This document shows, piece by piece, positions 1-9,400 of a DNA stretch of 64,000 nt. Numbering within the stretch: the first letter of the stretch is position 1; each line of letters opens with the position of its first letter. The translations under genes and the position numbers were made by a program. The stretch is from Bacteroidales bacterium (GTDB lineage Bacteria > Bacteroidota > Bacteroidia > Bacteroidales > UBA12077): NCBI GenBank assembly GCA_028282585.1, contig JANQHR010000040.1, positions 1 through 64,000 of the forward strand, in the 5' to 3' direction. The notes beneath the pieces are model-generated. The model made no database searches. It had not been told where the DNA came from and worked only from the letters and a program-made list of their open reading frames with translations.

Positions 1-138
1 TGCCTGCTTTGTGAAACTTTGTGGTATAATTATAAAAGGCTGTTACACAGAGAACCACAAAGAAGACACAAAGTTACTCAAAGTAAAAAATACGAACAAA
101 ATTTAACTATTGTACTTTTTGGACACCCCCTTTACTTT
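1..138. repeat. Truncated MITE/REP-like palindromic element with IS1182-like end
   Basis: CTTTGTG units (7-23) oppose CACAGAG/CACAAAG units (46-73). The element ends in ACTTTTTGGACACCCCC just beyond the stop of the convergent gene. Left part lies outside the window; family assignment is from recall. Confidence 0.45.
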
Positions 139-142
139 TATT

Positions 143-1393
143 CTAATCAAACCTTCTTTTCATAAACCACAAATCCTGCAGCGACATATTTAAACTGAAT
201 GTATAAAAGTTTTCCTCGATTAAGTTTCCACTAACAGTACCATTTTTGCCATATTCGAATGCTATGTTTAGCATGCTCAAATTTCTTTTAATCGGTATTC
301 CAAGACCCGCTGTGATAGCCATGGAATTTATATCGTAGCTATTTATTTCCAGATACGAGCTATTGTAATAAGCACCTAACCTGTAATACCAACTTTTAAG
401 CGTTCTCTTACTATACCTTCCCTCTGGTGAAAATTCAAATCCTAAGGCGAATTTATGGCTATCTTTAGTTTTTAAATCTGAATTTGAAAAATTTACTTCA
501 GACCATTGATTTAAAATATAATCAAAAGCCATGGTAAATTTATTTTCTTTGGAAATCGCTAAACCTGCACCAATTTTGCGAGGAATTACATAGTCTTCCT
601 GGCTTTCTAAATCCTCTTCGGTATATAAAATAAATTCATCATTTTCGTATATTGTCCTGTCCATATAAGAGTTTAGATTTCTTTTATGTCCATAAATTGC
701 TCCGAACCTAATTTCATAACTCTTTACAGGAATCTGAAACTGTAAACCATAATCTATATAAAATCCCTTTACATAGTTTTGATTACTAATTCTATAATCT
801 ACATAATTACCCCCACTAAAAGATATTTCTTCATCTTCTTCAAACGAACCGAACAAATACGATAAGTTTACTCCCAGTGAAATTTGATCATTTAATTTAA
901 ATGAGTTCCCAAAATATACTTGATTAATACCTCCATCCCCAATGTACGTATTTGTATATGTACTATTATCATTTACCATATCATTATAGGTTTTTATATT
1001 GTACCCGACAGTACTAAACGGAGTCAATCCAATACTAATTCCCCATCTGTTTTTTGCGCGAAACCCTATAGCTATATTTGACAAATTTCCTGAAAAACTT
1101 GATTGATCATCTGTTTTAGTAGAAAATTTAGAGTACTCTGTGAAAAAACCTAACTCATAAATAAAAAATAAACTATCTATTCCATTATAAGATGCCGGAT
1201 TAGAACTATTAAGCACTGTTTCAGACTTCAAAGCAATTCCTGCTCCTCCCATTGCAAAATTTCTACTTGAACCTTTAGTTCTAATTTCTCCAACACCAAA
1301 TACAGAATATGGAGAACTTGTTAGATTCTGCGATAAGGAAACATTAATAAATTGAATGTTTATGAATACTATAATCATAAGCCTAAGCTTCAT
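143..1393 (-). CDS. Outer-membrane beta-barrel protein, FadL/OmpP1-like
   Basis: Signal peptide; SPYSxFGxG..AMGG..NPAS hatch motif; amphipathic beta-strands; aromatic C-terminus WFMKRRFD. Confidence 0.8.
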   Translation of the reverse strand: MKLRLMIIVFINIQFINVSLSQNLTSSPYSVFGVGEIRTKGSSRNFAMGGAGIALKSETVLNSSNPASYNGIDSLFFIYELGFFTEYSKFSTKTDDQSSFSGNLSNIAIGFRAKNRWGISIGLTPFSTVGYNIKTYNDMVNDNSTYTNTYIGDGGINQVYFGNSFKLNDQISLGVNLSYLFGSFEEDEEISFSGGNYVDYRISNQNYVKGFYIDYGLQFQIPVKSYEIRFGAIYGHKRNLNSYMDRTIYENDEFILYTEEDLESQEDYVIPRKIGAGLAISKENKFTMAFDYILNQWSEVNFSNSDLKTKDSHKFALGFEFSPEGRYSKRTLKSWYYRLGAYYNSSYLEINSYDINSMAITAGLGIPIKRNLSMLNIAFEYGKNGTVSGNLIEENFYTFSLNMSLQDLWFMKRRFD

Positions 1394-1407
1394 AACAAAT
1401 GTTTTAA

Positions 1408-2709
1408 TTAGTTTTCTAAATAGGTAATTTTAAGAATAGGACGTTTATCAGGATCTTGTTCTGCACTAACAATTAACCTTTCAAGAGTTGAGCTGAAATT
1501 AGGTGAAGGAATGGCCAACAAAAACCCCAAATCACTATCAAAATATCCATTAGATATTTGATCTTTAATCTGTTGCGTAATATCAAAAGTATACTGCGTT
1601 TCTTTATGATACTTTTCATCCAAAAAAAACATCGATGTTCCTAAAAAATTATCTTCATCATATATGTCAAAATTGTTATTTTCATCAGTAAGATAAATTG
1701 AAAGATATTCGGGAAACTCACCGGCATATGATTCTATAGCAGGTCTAAGAATTAATTCAGCCGACAAGGTAATATTATCTGAATCAAATAAAATACTATT
1801 TATATAAGGGAAACTAACTTTTGTTAGAATACCAGTACCTGCTTGTATATAAGACCTATTTTTAGTTAGATTCGAATTTAGACTCTCTTCCCGATTTGTT
1901 AAAGTTTGAAGTATAGTACCCGAACGATCCGCAATAATCCGACTGAACTGATCGCCACTAAAAGCAAAATTATAAACGGTTTGATTATTTTCTAAATCAA
2001 TTTCACCCCCAGATGTTGAGATATATAGTTTCAACATCATTCCTGATTGATAAAATCCTATTACAGATGAGTTACTATTATCTGGAATAATTGCAATACC
2101 ATATATATAATTTTGAAAATTATCATTCGACTGGACTTCTTCTGCATCTGATATTAACTTTTCAAATAAATCTATACCTATTTGATCATCAATTCTAAAC
2201 TCTATAAGAGAATCCCTTACAGGGCGAGGCAAATACACCTCACTACCAATCGAATTAACCTGATACTCAAAATTTGAAGTATTATAATAATAATCATCCG
2301 AAATCCATAGTTCTTCATTTAGCAAATGAATATCTATTTTTTGTTCAATAGTTGTATCACCGTAAAAGTAAGAATTATAGGGCATAACGATGGTTATGGA
2401 GTCAAATTTATTGTCTTCATCAATATCAGTAAATCCAGGAAGAACAATTTGAGAAAAATATTTTGCAGTAATTTTACCTAACTCTCCATCTTCATAATTT
2501 CCAACAAGAGCCTGTCTAGTTTCTGACGTGATTATTGAATCAATTATAACTGTGGATAGTTCAACCGTAAATGTATCAATTTGAAAAATCTTTGTTGTGT
2601 TGTCTATAAAATTAGACCCAAGCGTTAAATCTTCAGAATTATTACACGATGTTAAGAGAATGTAAATAAATATAACAAGTTTAACATATTTAAACCATTT
2701 ATAACCCAT
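1408..2709 (-). CDS. DUF4270-family lipoprotein
   Basis: Lipobox LTSC; IDTFTVELST, LVGNYEDGELG, FDSITIVM and YIQAGTG motifs; co-oriented with the barrel gene. Confidence 0.75.
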   Translation of the reverse strand: MGYKWFKYVKLVIFIYILLTSCNNSEDLTLGSNFIDNTTKIFQIDTFTVELSTVIIDSIITSETRQALVGNYEDGELGKITAKYFSQIVLPGFTDIDEDNKFDSITIVMPYNSYFYGDTTIEQKIDIHLLNEELWISDDYYYNTSNFEYQVNSIGSEVYLPRPVRDSLIEFRIDDQIGIDLFEKLISDAEEVQSNDNFQNYIYGIAIIPDNSNSSVIGFYQSGMMLKLYISTSGGEIDLENNQTVYNFAFSGDQFSRIIADRSGTILQTLTNREESLNSNLTKNRSYIQAGTGILTKVSFPYINSILFDSDNITLSAELILRPAIESYAGEFPEYLSIYLTDENNNFDIYDEDNFLGTSMFFLDEKYHKETQYTFDITQQIKDQISNGYFDSDLGFLLAIPSPNFSSTLERLIVSAEQDPDKRPILKITYLEN

Positions 2710-2741
2710 ATTTCTAAGAATTTAGTAATGATCACAAACCA

Positions 2742-2806
2742 CAAAGTATGCGAAGAATTAATTTGTTTTAAAATTTTATAGATGATTGAGCAATTTCTAT
2801 CGACGG
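2742..2806 (-). promoter_or_regulatory. Promoter of the DUF4270 operon with a direct-repeat operator
   Basis: Minus strand: GTCGATAG and ATCTATAA 21 nt apart, then a -7-like ATACTTTG (2749-2742) starting 34 nt after the second repeat. Confidence 0.55.
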
Positions 2807-2941
2807 GTAAGCAGTTTTTATATTATCTAAAGTGCTTGTAGGCAATAAACTCATTGATATATTGGACAATAAAATGGTTTTTTCCTTACTTAAAAATTAA
2901 ATTCTTAAACACGGTAGCTAAATCCGCATTTTACTTTAGTC

Positions 2942-3005
2942 CATCGGTAAAATATGATCTTTTATCGAGTTTACTTTAAACAGATATGGTGTTCCTTTAC
3001 ATTTG
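2942..3005 (+). promoter_or_regulatory. Promoter of the Kelch gene with a direct-repeat operator
   Basis: ATCGGTAA (2943) and ATCGAGTT (2964) 21 nt apart; Bacteroidota -7 box TACATTTG at 2998-3005, 34 nt after the second repeat. Confidence 0.55.
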
Positions 3006-3035
3006 TCATCTAATACAAATTTTAAATTAAAAGAA

Positions 3036-4055
3036 ATGAAAAGATATATTAATAGTTTGCAATCTTGTTCCATAGCTTTTATTATCGGTTTCTCTTTGAT
3101 TTTTGCATCTTGTGAAGATTCTGATGATACTGAAGAAATTGGTAACTGGGTTGAATTATCAGATTTTGATGGAGTTCCTAGAACTGATGCTGTAGCGTTT
3201 ACTATTGACAATAAAGCATATTTGGGAACGGGGTTTGAAGAAGGTAATACTAGATTACGAGATTTTTGGTCATATAATCCTGAACTTAATTTTTGGACCA
3301 GACTAGACTCATTTCCTGGTATTGCAAGGAATGGTGCCGTTGGCTTTAGTGTTAATGGAAAAGGTTATATAGGATTAGGCTATGATGGAGAAGATAGATT
3401 AAAGGATTTTTGGGAATACGATCCTCAAACTAATAGTTGGACACAAATAGCCGACTTTGGAGGCACAGCAAGGTACGGTGCTATTGCATTTTCAATAGGA
3501 GATTACGGTTATGTTGGAACTGGCTATGATGGAAATTATCTAAAAGATTTTTGGAGATATTCCCCGGCAACTAATAAATGGGAACAAATTATTAGTATAG
3601 GTGGCTCCAAAAGAATAGATGCTGCTGTATTTGTAATTGATGATAAAGCTTATGTTTGCACAGGTATTGATAATGGTTCGTATGAAGAAGATTTCTGGGT
3701 ATATGATCCAATAACAGGACTTTGGACACAACTAAGAGATATAAGCGATACTTCTGATGATGATTATGATGACGATTATTCAATAAGAGGAACTGAAAGG
3801 GTAGCATTTACTATTAATGGAAAGGGGTACTTAGCAACTGGTGGTGTTGGTGGAATAAGTAATGATGTATGGGAATATGATCCAATTACAGATTTATGGG
3901 AACAAAAAACTTATTTCGAAGGTTCATCAAGACTAGATGCAGTAGGGTTTGGAATTGGTGATCGCGGCTATGTAACAACCGGACAGAATAGTTCATACTA
4001 TTTTGATGATTTATGGGGATTTGATCCAGATGATGAATATGATGAAAATGATTAA
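3036..4055 (+). CDS. Kelch-repeat (galactose-oxidase-like beta-propeller) lipoprotein
   Basis: Start moved to ATG 3036 because the ORF-track TTG overlaps the -7 box. Lipobox FASC; six repeats of GYxGxG...DFWxYDP...W. Confidence 0.85.
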   Translation: MKRYINSLQSCSIAFIIGFSLIFASCEDSDDTEEIGNWVELSDFDGVPRTDAVAFTIDNKAYLGTGFEEGNTRLRDFWSYNPELNFWTRLDSFPGIARNGAVGFSVNGKGYIGLGYDGEDRLKDFWEYDPQTNSWTQIADFGGTARYGAIAFSIGDYGYVGTGYDGNYLKDFWRYSPATNKWEQIISIGGSKRIDAAVFVIDDKAYVCTGIDNGSYEEDFWVYDPITGLWTQLRDISDTSDDDYDDDYSIRGTERVAFTINGKGYLATGGVGGISNDVWEYDPITDLWEQKTYFEGSSRLDAVGFGIGDRGYVTTGQNSSYYFDDLWGFDPDDEYDEND

Positions 4056-4070
4056 TAAAAAAGGCTTACG

Positions 4071-4112
4071 CATTGCCCCCAAAAAGTTAGACACTATTTG
4101 GGGGTATTTTTA
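4071..4112 (+). mobile_element. IS3/IS150-family left-end remnant, forming a hairpin between convergent genes
   Basis: TGCCCCCAAAAAGTTAGACA matches the reverse complement of the IS end at 28610-28629 at 18/20 positions; also folds as CCCCCAAA/TTTGGGGG. Confidence 0.65.
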
Positions 4113-4119
4113 TTTAAAA

Positions 4120-4581
4120 TTAACTGGATAATGAAATACTATTTAACTTTATGTCAAAAATAAGAACCGAATTTGCCGGTATTCCTTCTATGTCTTCAGA
4201 TCCATAACCCAACCCCGACGGTATCAATAACTTTCCTTGTCCACCAACTCCAAATAAAGGAATTCCTTCTTGCCAACCTTCAATAAGCTTCCATAAAGGA
4301 TACTCTATAGTGCCATTATCAAATATTTCACCATTCAATAACTTCCCGGTATATTCTACCTCAACAACTGAATTAATTGTAGGTTTAATTCCAGTTCCTT
4401 CCTGTTCTAATATATAATGTAATCCTGATGCCGTTGATTGAGCTGTTAATCCATTTTCAGATAAGTAATCCTGAATTTTTTCAATATCAATTGCTAACTG
4501 CTCTTCATAAGTTGTTTCGTCATCATTACATCCAAACATAATTGCAGTTAATACCGCAAATGGTAAAATTATTTTTTTCAT
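4120..4581 (-). CDS. FKBP-type peptidyl-prolyl isomerase lipoprotein
   Basis: Lipobox MFGC; TASGLHY, VEYTGKLLNGEIFD, LIEGWQEG, IPSGLGYG, IPANSVLIFDIKL. Confidence 0.92.
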   Translation of the reverse strand: MKKIILPFAVLTAIMFGCNDDETTYEEQLAIDIEKIQDYLSENGLTAQSTASGLHYILEQEGTGIKPTINSVVEVEYTGKLLNGEIFDNGTIEYPLWKLIEGWQEGIPLFGVGGQGKLLIPSGLGYGSEDIEGIPANSVLIFDIKLNSISLSS

Positions 4582-4637
4582 TTTATTGATTATCTTTTAT
4601 AAGCTTCAAAAATAGCAATTAAAATAAATCTACCATT

Positions 4638-5090
4638 TTATTTTGGCAACAAACCAAATATTTTCCAAATAGCTTTGTGAAATTTATGAATACTATTTAC
4701 GGGTTCAGCAAACATGAAAATACATTCTTTATCGATTAACTCGATATTATTCTCTTTTGCCAAATCCGCCGTCTCTTTTGTTCCCGATGTTTGTTGGACC
4801 CAGACATGTTTTATACCCTTTTCAGATGCTTGTTTAATAATTTCATTAGTAACATTTTTAGGAGTTACAATAAAAAGTTTTTCATAGTCTGAGGGAATAT
4901 CAATTACAGATTTGTAACATTTTATTCCTTCTAACTCTTCTAAACTTGGATGAATTGGGCAAATATCATAACCTTTTTGACGTAGTTCATTAAAAATTGC
5001 ATAACCAAATTTTTTCGTATTAGATGATACTCCTGCAATAGCAAGTTTTTTTGGAGTCAAAAACTCCGTTATACTTTGTTTTTTACTCAT
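4638..5090 (-). CDS. CoA-binding domain protein (YccU-like)
   Basis: AIAGVSSNTKKFG, PIHP, GIKHVWVQ and ECI motifs. Confidence 0.85.
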   Translation of the reverse strand: MSKKQSITEFLTPKKLAIAGVSSNTKKFGYAIFNELRQKGYDICPIHPSLEELEGIKCYKSVIDIPSDYEKLFIVTPKNVTNEIIKQASEKGIKHVWVQQTSGTKETADLAKENNIELIDKECIFMFAEPVNSIHKFHKAIWKIFGLLPK

Positions 5091-5172
5091 AATAATTTCA
5101 TTTTATATATAAATTTCTGAAAATTAAACCAATAAAACTAATAACCATTAAACTTAAGTAAATCTTTATGAA

Positions 5173-5820
5173 CTAATCTTCGAATTCTCCAAATTCTTTT
5201 AAACACTGCTTAAGTTCATCCAAATGTTGTTTGTACATTCTTTTTGTCATAAATTGAGAAAAAGGAATAAAAATTACACTTAAAACAACCAAAATTATTA
5301 CAATTTTTATTATCCCGTTTTCAAGAATTTCCATTACAGCATTTATTCCTTCCTCGCCTACACCAACAAAAATACCAATAAACATTCCAAAACAAATTGC
5401 AAAAGGTAACAATAAATATTTACTAAATGTACTGGTATTAAAGCTTACATATCTCTCAATATCTTTAATAGTTTTTACCAGTGCTGGTTTTAACTGATCT
5501 GAAGAAATAACTGTTTTACGGACTTTGTTATAGTTTCTCCATGTAAAAGAAATAAGTGTTCCAAAAAACAGAAACGTAAACAAAGAAAGTGATATTTTAT
5601 ATTCATCCGATATATAAATTAACATCCAGATTATAAAACAAATAGACATTCCGATTCCAACAATAAGCTCTAGTTTATAATTTCGCTTAACTTTCCCCAA
5701 GGCAATATTTGATTTGCTTTTAATCTTAAGTTTTGCTTCAATTTCTTCTTTATTCAAAAGCTCATCATCCTTAAAGGAATTTTTCCATGTTTTTTTTATT
5801 TCATCAAAGTCCATATTCAA
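5173..5820 (-). CDS. Membrane protein, probable anti-sigma factor
   Basis: Overlaps the ECF sigma stop; MDFDEIKKTW N-terminus; about 4 TM helices. Confidence 0.6.
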   Translation of the reverse strand: MNMDFDEIKKTWKNSFKDDELLNKEEIEAKLKIKSKSNIALGKVKRNYKLELIVGIGMSICFIIWMLIYISDEYKISLSLFTFLFFGTLISFTWRNYNKVRKTVISSDQLKPALVKTIKDIERYVSFNTSTFSKYLLLPFAICFGMFIGIFVGVGEEGINAVMEILENGIIKIVIILVVLSVIFIPFSQFMTKRMYKQHLDELKQCLKEFGEFED

Positions 5821-6319
5821 GTTCCTTTAAAATTTTTTGTAATTTGGTTTTAATACGGTTAATTTTTACTCCAACATTTGAAATTGTTAAACCAGATATC
5901 TCAGAAATTTCTTCATAAGAGTAATCATCCATATATAAAATTATGATGGCTTTTTCCGCTTTACTTAGCCTATTAATTGCTTTATTTACCAAACTTATCC
6001 TTTCCTCCTTTTCTGTATAACTATCATCTTCAGGAACATTTATAGGAAAATCTGGCATTGGGTCTTCATTGTTTTTCTTGGTTTTTCTGAATTGAGCTAT
6101 GGCTGTATTTAATGCAACTCGATACATCCAGGTGGAAAATTTGGATTTCTGGTTGAAAGATGGATATGACTGCCATAACTGAACCAGAATATCCTGAAAA
6201 AGATCCTCTCTGCACGTTTCCTCATCGCAATACATTCTGGAAACTTTGTAAATAATTCCCTGATGCTTTTCAACAAGAGATAAGAATTCTTCTTTTAAAT
6301 TACTATTACTCAAAATCAA
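5804..6319 (-). CDS. ECF RNA polymerase sigma-70 factor
   Basis: DLFQDILVQLW, FSTWMYRVALNTA (region 2); SYEEISEISG..VGVKINRIK (region 4). Confidence 0.93.
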   Translation of the reverse strand: MILSNSNLKEEFLSLVEKHQGIIYKVSRMYCDEETCREDLFQDILVQLWQSYPSFNQKSKFSTWMYRVALNTAIAQFRKTKKNNEDPMPDFPINVPEDDSYTEKEERISLVNKAINRLSKAEKAIIILYMDDYSYEEISEISGLTISNVGVKINRIKTKLQKILKELEYGL

Positions 6320-6428
6320 GCGACTTTTGTAATTAGGTTAGTAGAAAATAATTTCCAATTATTACATTTTAATTTTTTTATTAGATAATTCAATATTTGT
6401 TAAAAATATTAATAAAAACCTATTTCTA

Positions 6429-6436
6429 TATCTTTG
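6429..6436 (+). promoter_or_regulatory. Bacteroidota -7 promoter element of the uvrA-like gene
   Basis: TATCTTTG about 20 nt upstream of ATG 6456. Confidence 0.5.
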
Positions 6437-6455
6437 TATTTCACAATTTGAAAAT

Positions 6456-9400
6456 ATGAAAGATAAAGATCAATATATTGTTGTTAATAAAGCCAACGAA
6501 CACAATCTAAAAAATGTCAGTTTAAAGATACCTCATCATCAAATAACTTGTTTTACAGGAATATCAGGGTCTGGTAAATCATCGTTAGTTTATGATATAA
6601 TTTGTAAAGAAAGCCAAAGAAGGTACTTTGAATCATTTTCTTCATATGCGCGCCAATTTCTTGGTAAATTATCGAAACCCGATGTTGAGCATATTGACGG
6701 ACTTATGCCTGCAATTTCTGTAGATCAAAAAACAGTTAACAGGAACCCAAGGTCAACTGTTGGAACCATAAGCGAATTATATGATTATTTAAGATTACTT
6801 TTTGCAAGGTTTGGACAAAGATCAGAAGAATTCTCAAATATAAAAATATCGCGCAGCTTATTTTCATTCAATAGTCCCGAAGGAGCTTGCCCTCATTGCA
6901 AAGGATTAGGCGTAGAAGATCAAATTGATCCCAAATTATTGATTAAAGATGAAACCAAAACATTACGCGAAGGTGCTTTAAAAATTACTACACCATCAGG
7001 TTACACTATATACTCACAAGTAACAATTGATGTATTAAATCAGGTTTGCCAATCAGAGGGTTTTCATGTTGATATTCCATGGAAAGATTTAACTCCAGAA
7101 CAAAAAAATATTATACTAAATGGAAGTAATAAAATAAAAATCCCATATGGTAAGCACACGCTTGAATCGAGAATGAAATGGAGTGGAATTACTGCTAAAC
7201 CAAGAGAAGAAGGATATTATAAAGGAATTATTTCCGTAATGGAAAATATTCTTAGGGTTGATCGTAATCCGAATATTCTTCGATTCGCTAAGACTGTTAA
7301 ATGTAGTCATTGCAATGGTAAAAGGTTGAATAATAAGGCTCAGTCAATAACAATATCCGAAAAAAATATTGTTGATTATTCTGAATTATCCATTATTCAA
7401 CTTAAAGATACTTTTAAGAAATTAAAGGAAGATCAAGATTCTGTTTCTAAACCAATTATTGAAAAGATCGTTGATAGGTGCAATATTCTGGAGAATCTTG
7501 GACTTGGATATTTGAACCTAATGAGAGAATCAACAACACTTTCCGGAGGAGAAGCACAAAGAATCAGGTTAGCAACACAAGTAGGTAATGGATTAAGGGG
7601 GATACTTTATATTTTAGATGAACCTTCCATTGGGCTGCATCCCAGAGATAATAAGAGAATGATTAGTATTATGCAGGAACTAAGAAATCAAGGGAATACG
7701 GTATTAGTTGTTGAGCATGATAAGGAAACAATGTTAAGTTCAGATAAAATAGTTGATATCGGGCCTTTAGCGGGAAAAAACGGAGGAAAAATTCTTTTAA
7801 ATGAGAATACTTCTGAAATATCTAATCTTAATTATAAAGAGAGTGAAACAGTTAAACATTTATTAAAAGAATCTGCTCCACCAAATTCTAAAAGAAATAT
7901 TGGAGATAAATGGCTTTATATCAAAGGAGCTAAATTACATAACTTAAAAAACATTAATCCTAAATTTCGTTTACATGCGTTAAATGTTGTAACCGGGGTT
8001 TCTGGTGCGGGAAAATCAACTTTAGTATTTGATGTTCTTAGTAAGTATTTCGAAAATAAATCAGATCAACTAATTGTTGATGATATCATTACGGATTCCA
8101 ACATTCATAAAATAATTGAAATTAATCAAACTCCAATTGGTAAAACACCAAGAAGTAATGCAGCTACCTATACCAAGTTATTCGATCAGATAAGAAAGCT
8201 ATTTGCTAACGTTCCCGAAGCGAAAGAAAGAAAATGGAATCAAAGTCACTTTTCATTCAATACAAAAGGCGGAAGGTGTGAAGCTTGCGAAGGAGCTGGA
8301 GTTACGCAAACAGGTATGCATTTTTTAGCTAATGTTGAAACAGTGTGTGAAACTTGTGAGGGGAAAAGATATAATGAGGAAACACTTAACGTACAGTATA
8401 AGGGTAAAAATATTTCTGAAATTTTAGAAATGGAGATTTCGGATGCTTGCGACTTTTTTAAAGATCATCCTAAGATTTTTCATTACCTGGATATTATGAG
8501 AAATCTGGGGCTGGGATATTTATCATTAGGTCAGTCAGCTACTACCCTTTCCGGTGGCGAAGCTCAAAGATTAAAACTAGCTGCAGAACTTGTAAAACCA
8601 ACAAAAGATCATACCTTATATCTTTTTGATGAACCAACCACCGGTCTTCATTTGTACGATGTTTCTATTTTGATAGAAGCTTTACGAAATCTAATTAAAA
8701 AAGGTCATACTGTAATTGTAATTGAGCATGATTTTGGAATCATCCGAAATGCCGATTTTATTGTTGATCTGGGTCCGGAAGGAGGAGAAGAAGGAGGAAA
8801 GGTAGTTTTTTCTGGCTGTTATTTAGATCTTATCAACCATTCGGATTCTTATACAGCTCAAGCCCTAAATAAACAACTTACAAGTAATCCAAGTAATCCT
8901 AAAATCGATATAAATAAAATAATCAATGCTCCAATCAATTTAAAAGGAATTAATACGCATAATTTGAAAAATCTTGATATTGAAATTCCAAGAAATAAAT
9001 TAACAGTTTTAACCGGAGTTAGTGGGAGTGGAAAATCATCACTTGCCTTTGATACATTATTTGCAGAAGGACAACATAGGTTTACTGAAAGTTTTTCAAC
9101 TTATACAAGAAGTTTAATTCAACAAAAATCAAAACCAGATCTTGTGGAAAGCAATGGATTAACACCGACCATTGCCATTGATAATAAATCTGTTTCAAAA
9201 AGTCCTCGAGGAACAGTTGGAACCATTTCCGGTTTATACGATTTATACAGGCTTTTATTTTCAAGAATTTCAAAATACGAAAACGGGCATCTTTGTAATG
9301 TCTTATCAAACCACTTTTCTTTCAATCACCAGGCTGGTGCTTGTCCGGAATGTGATGGTCTGGGATATCAACTTACTTGTGACCCCGAAAAGCTAATAAC

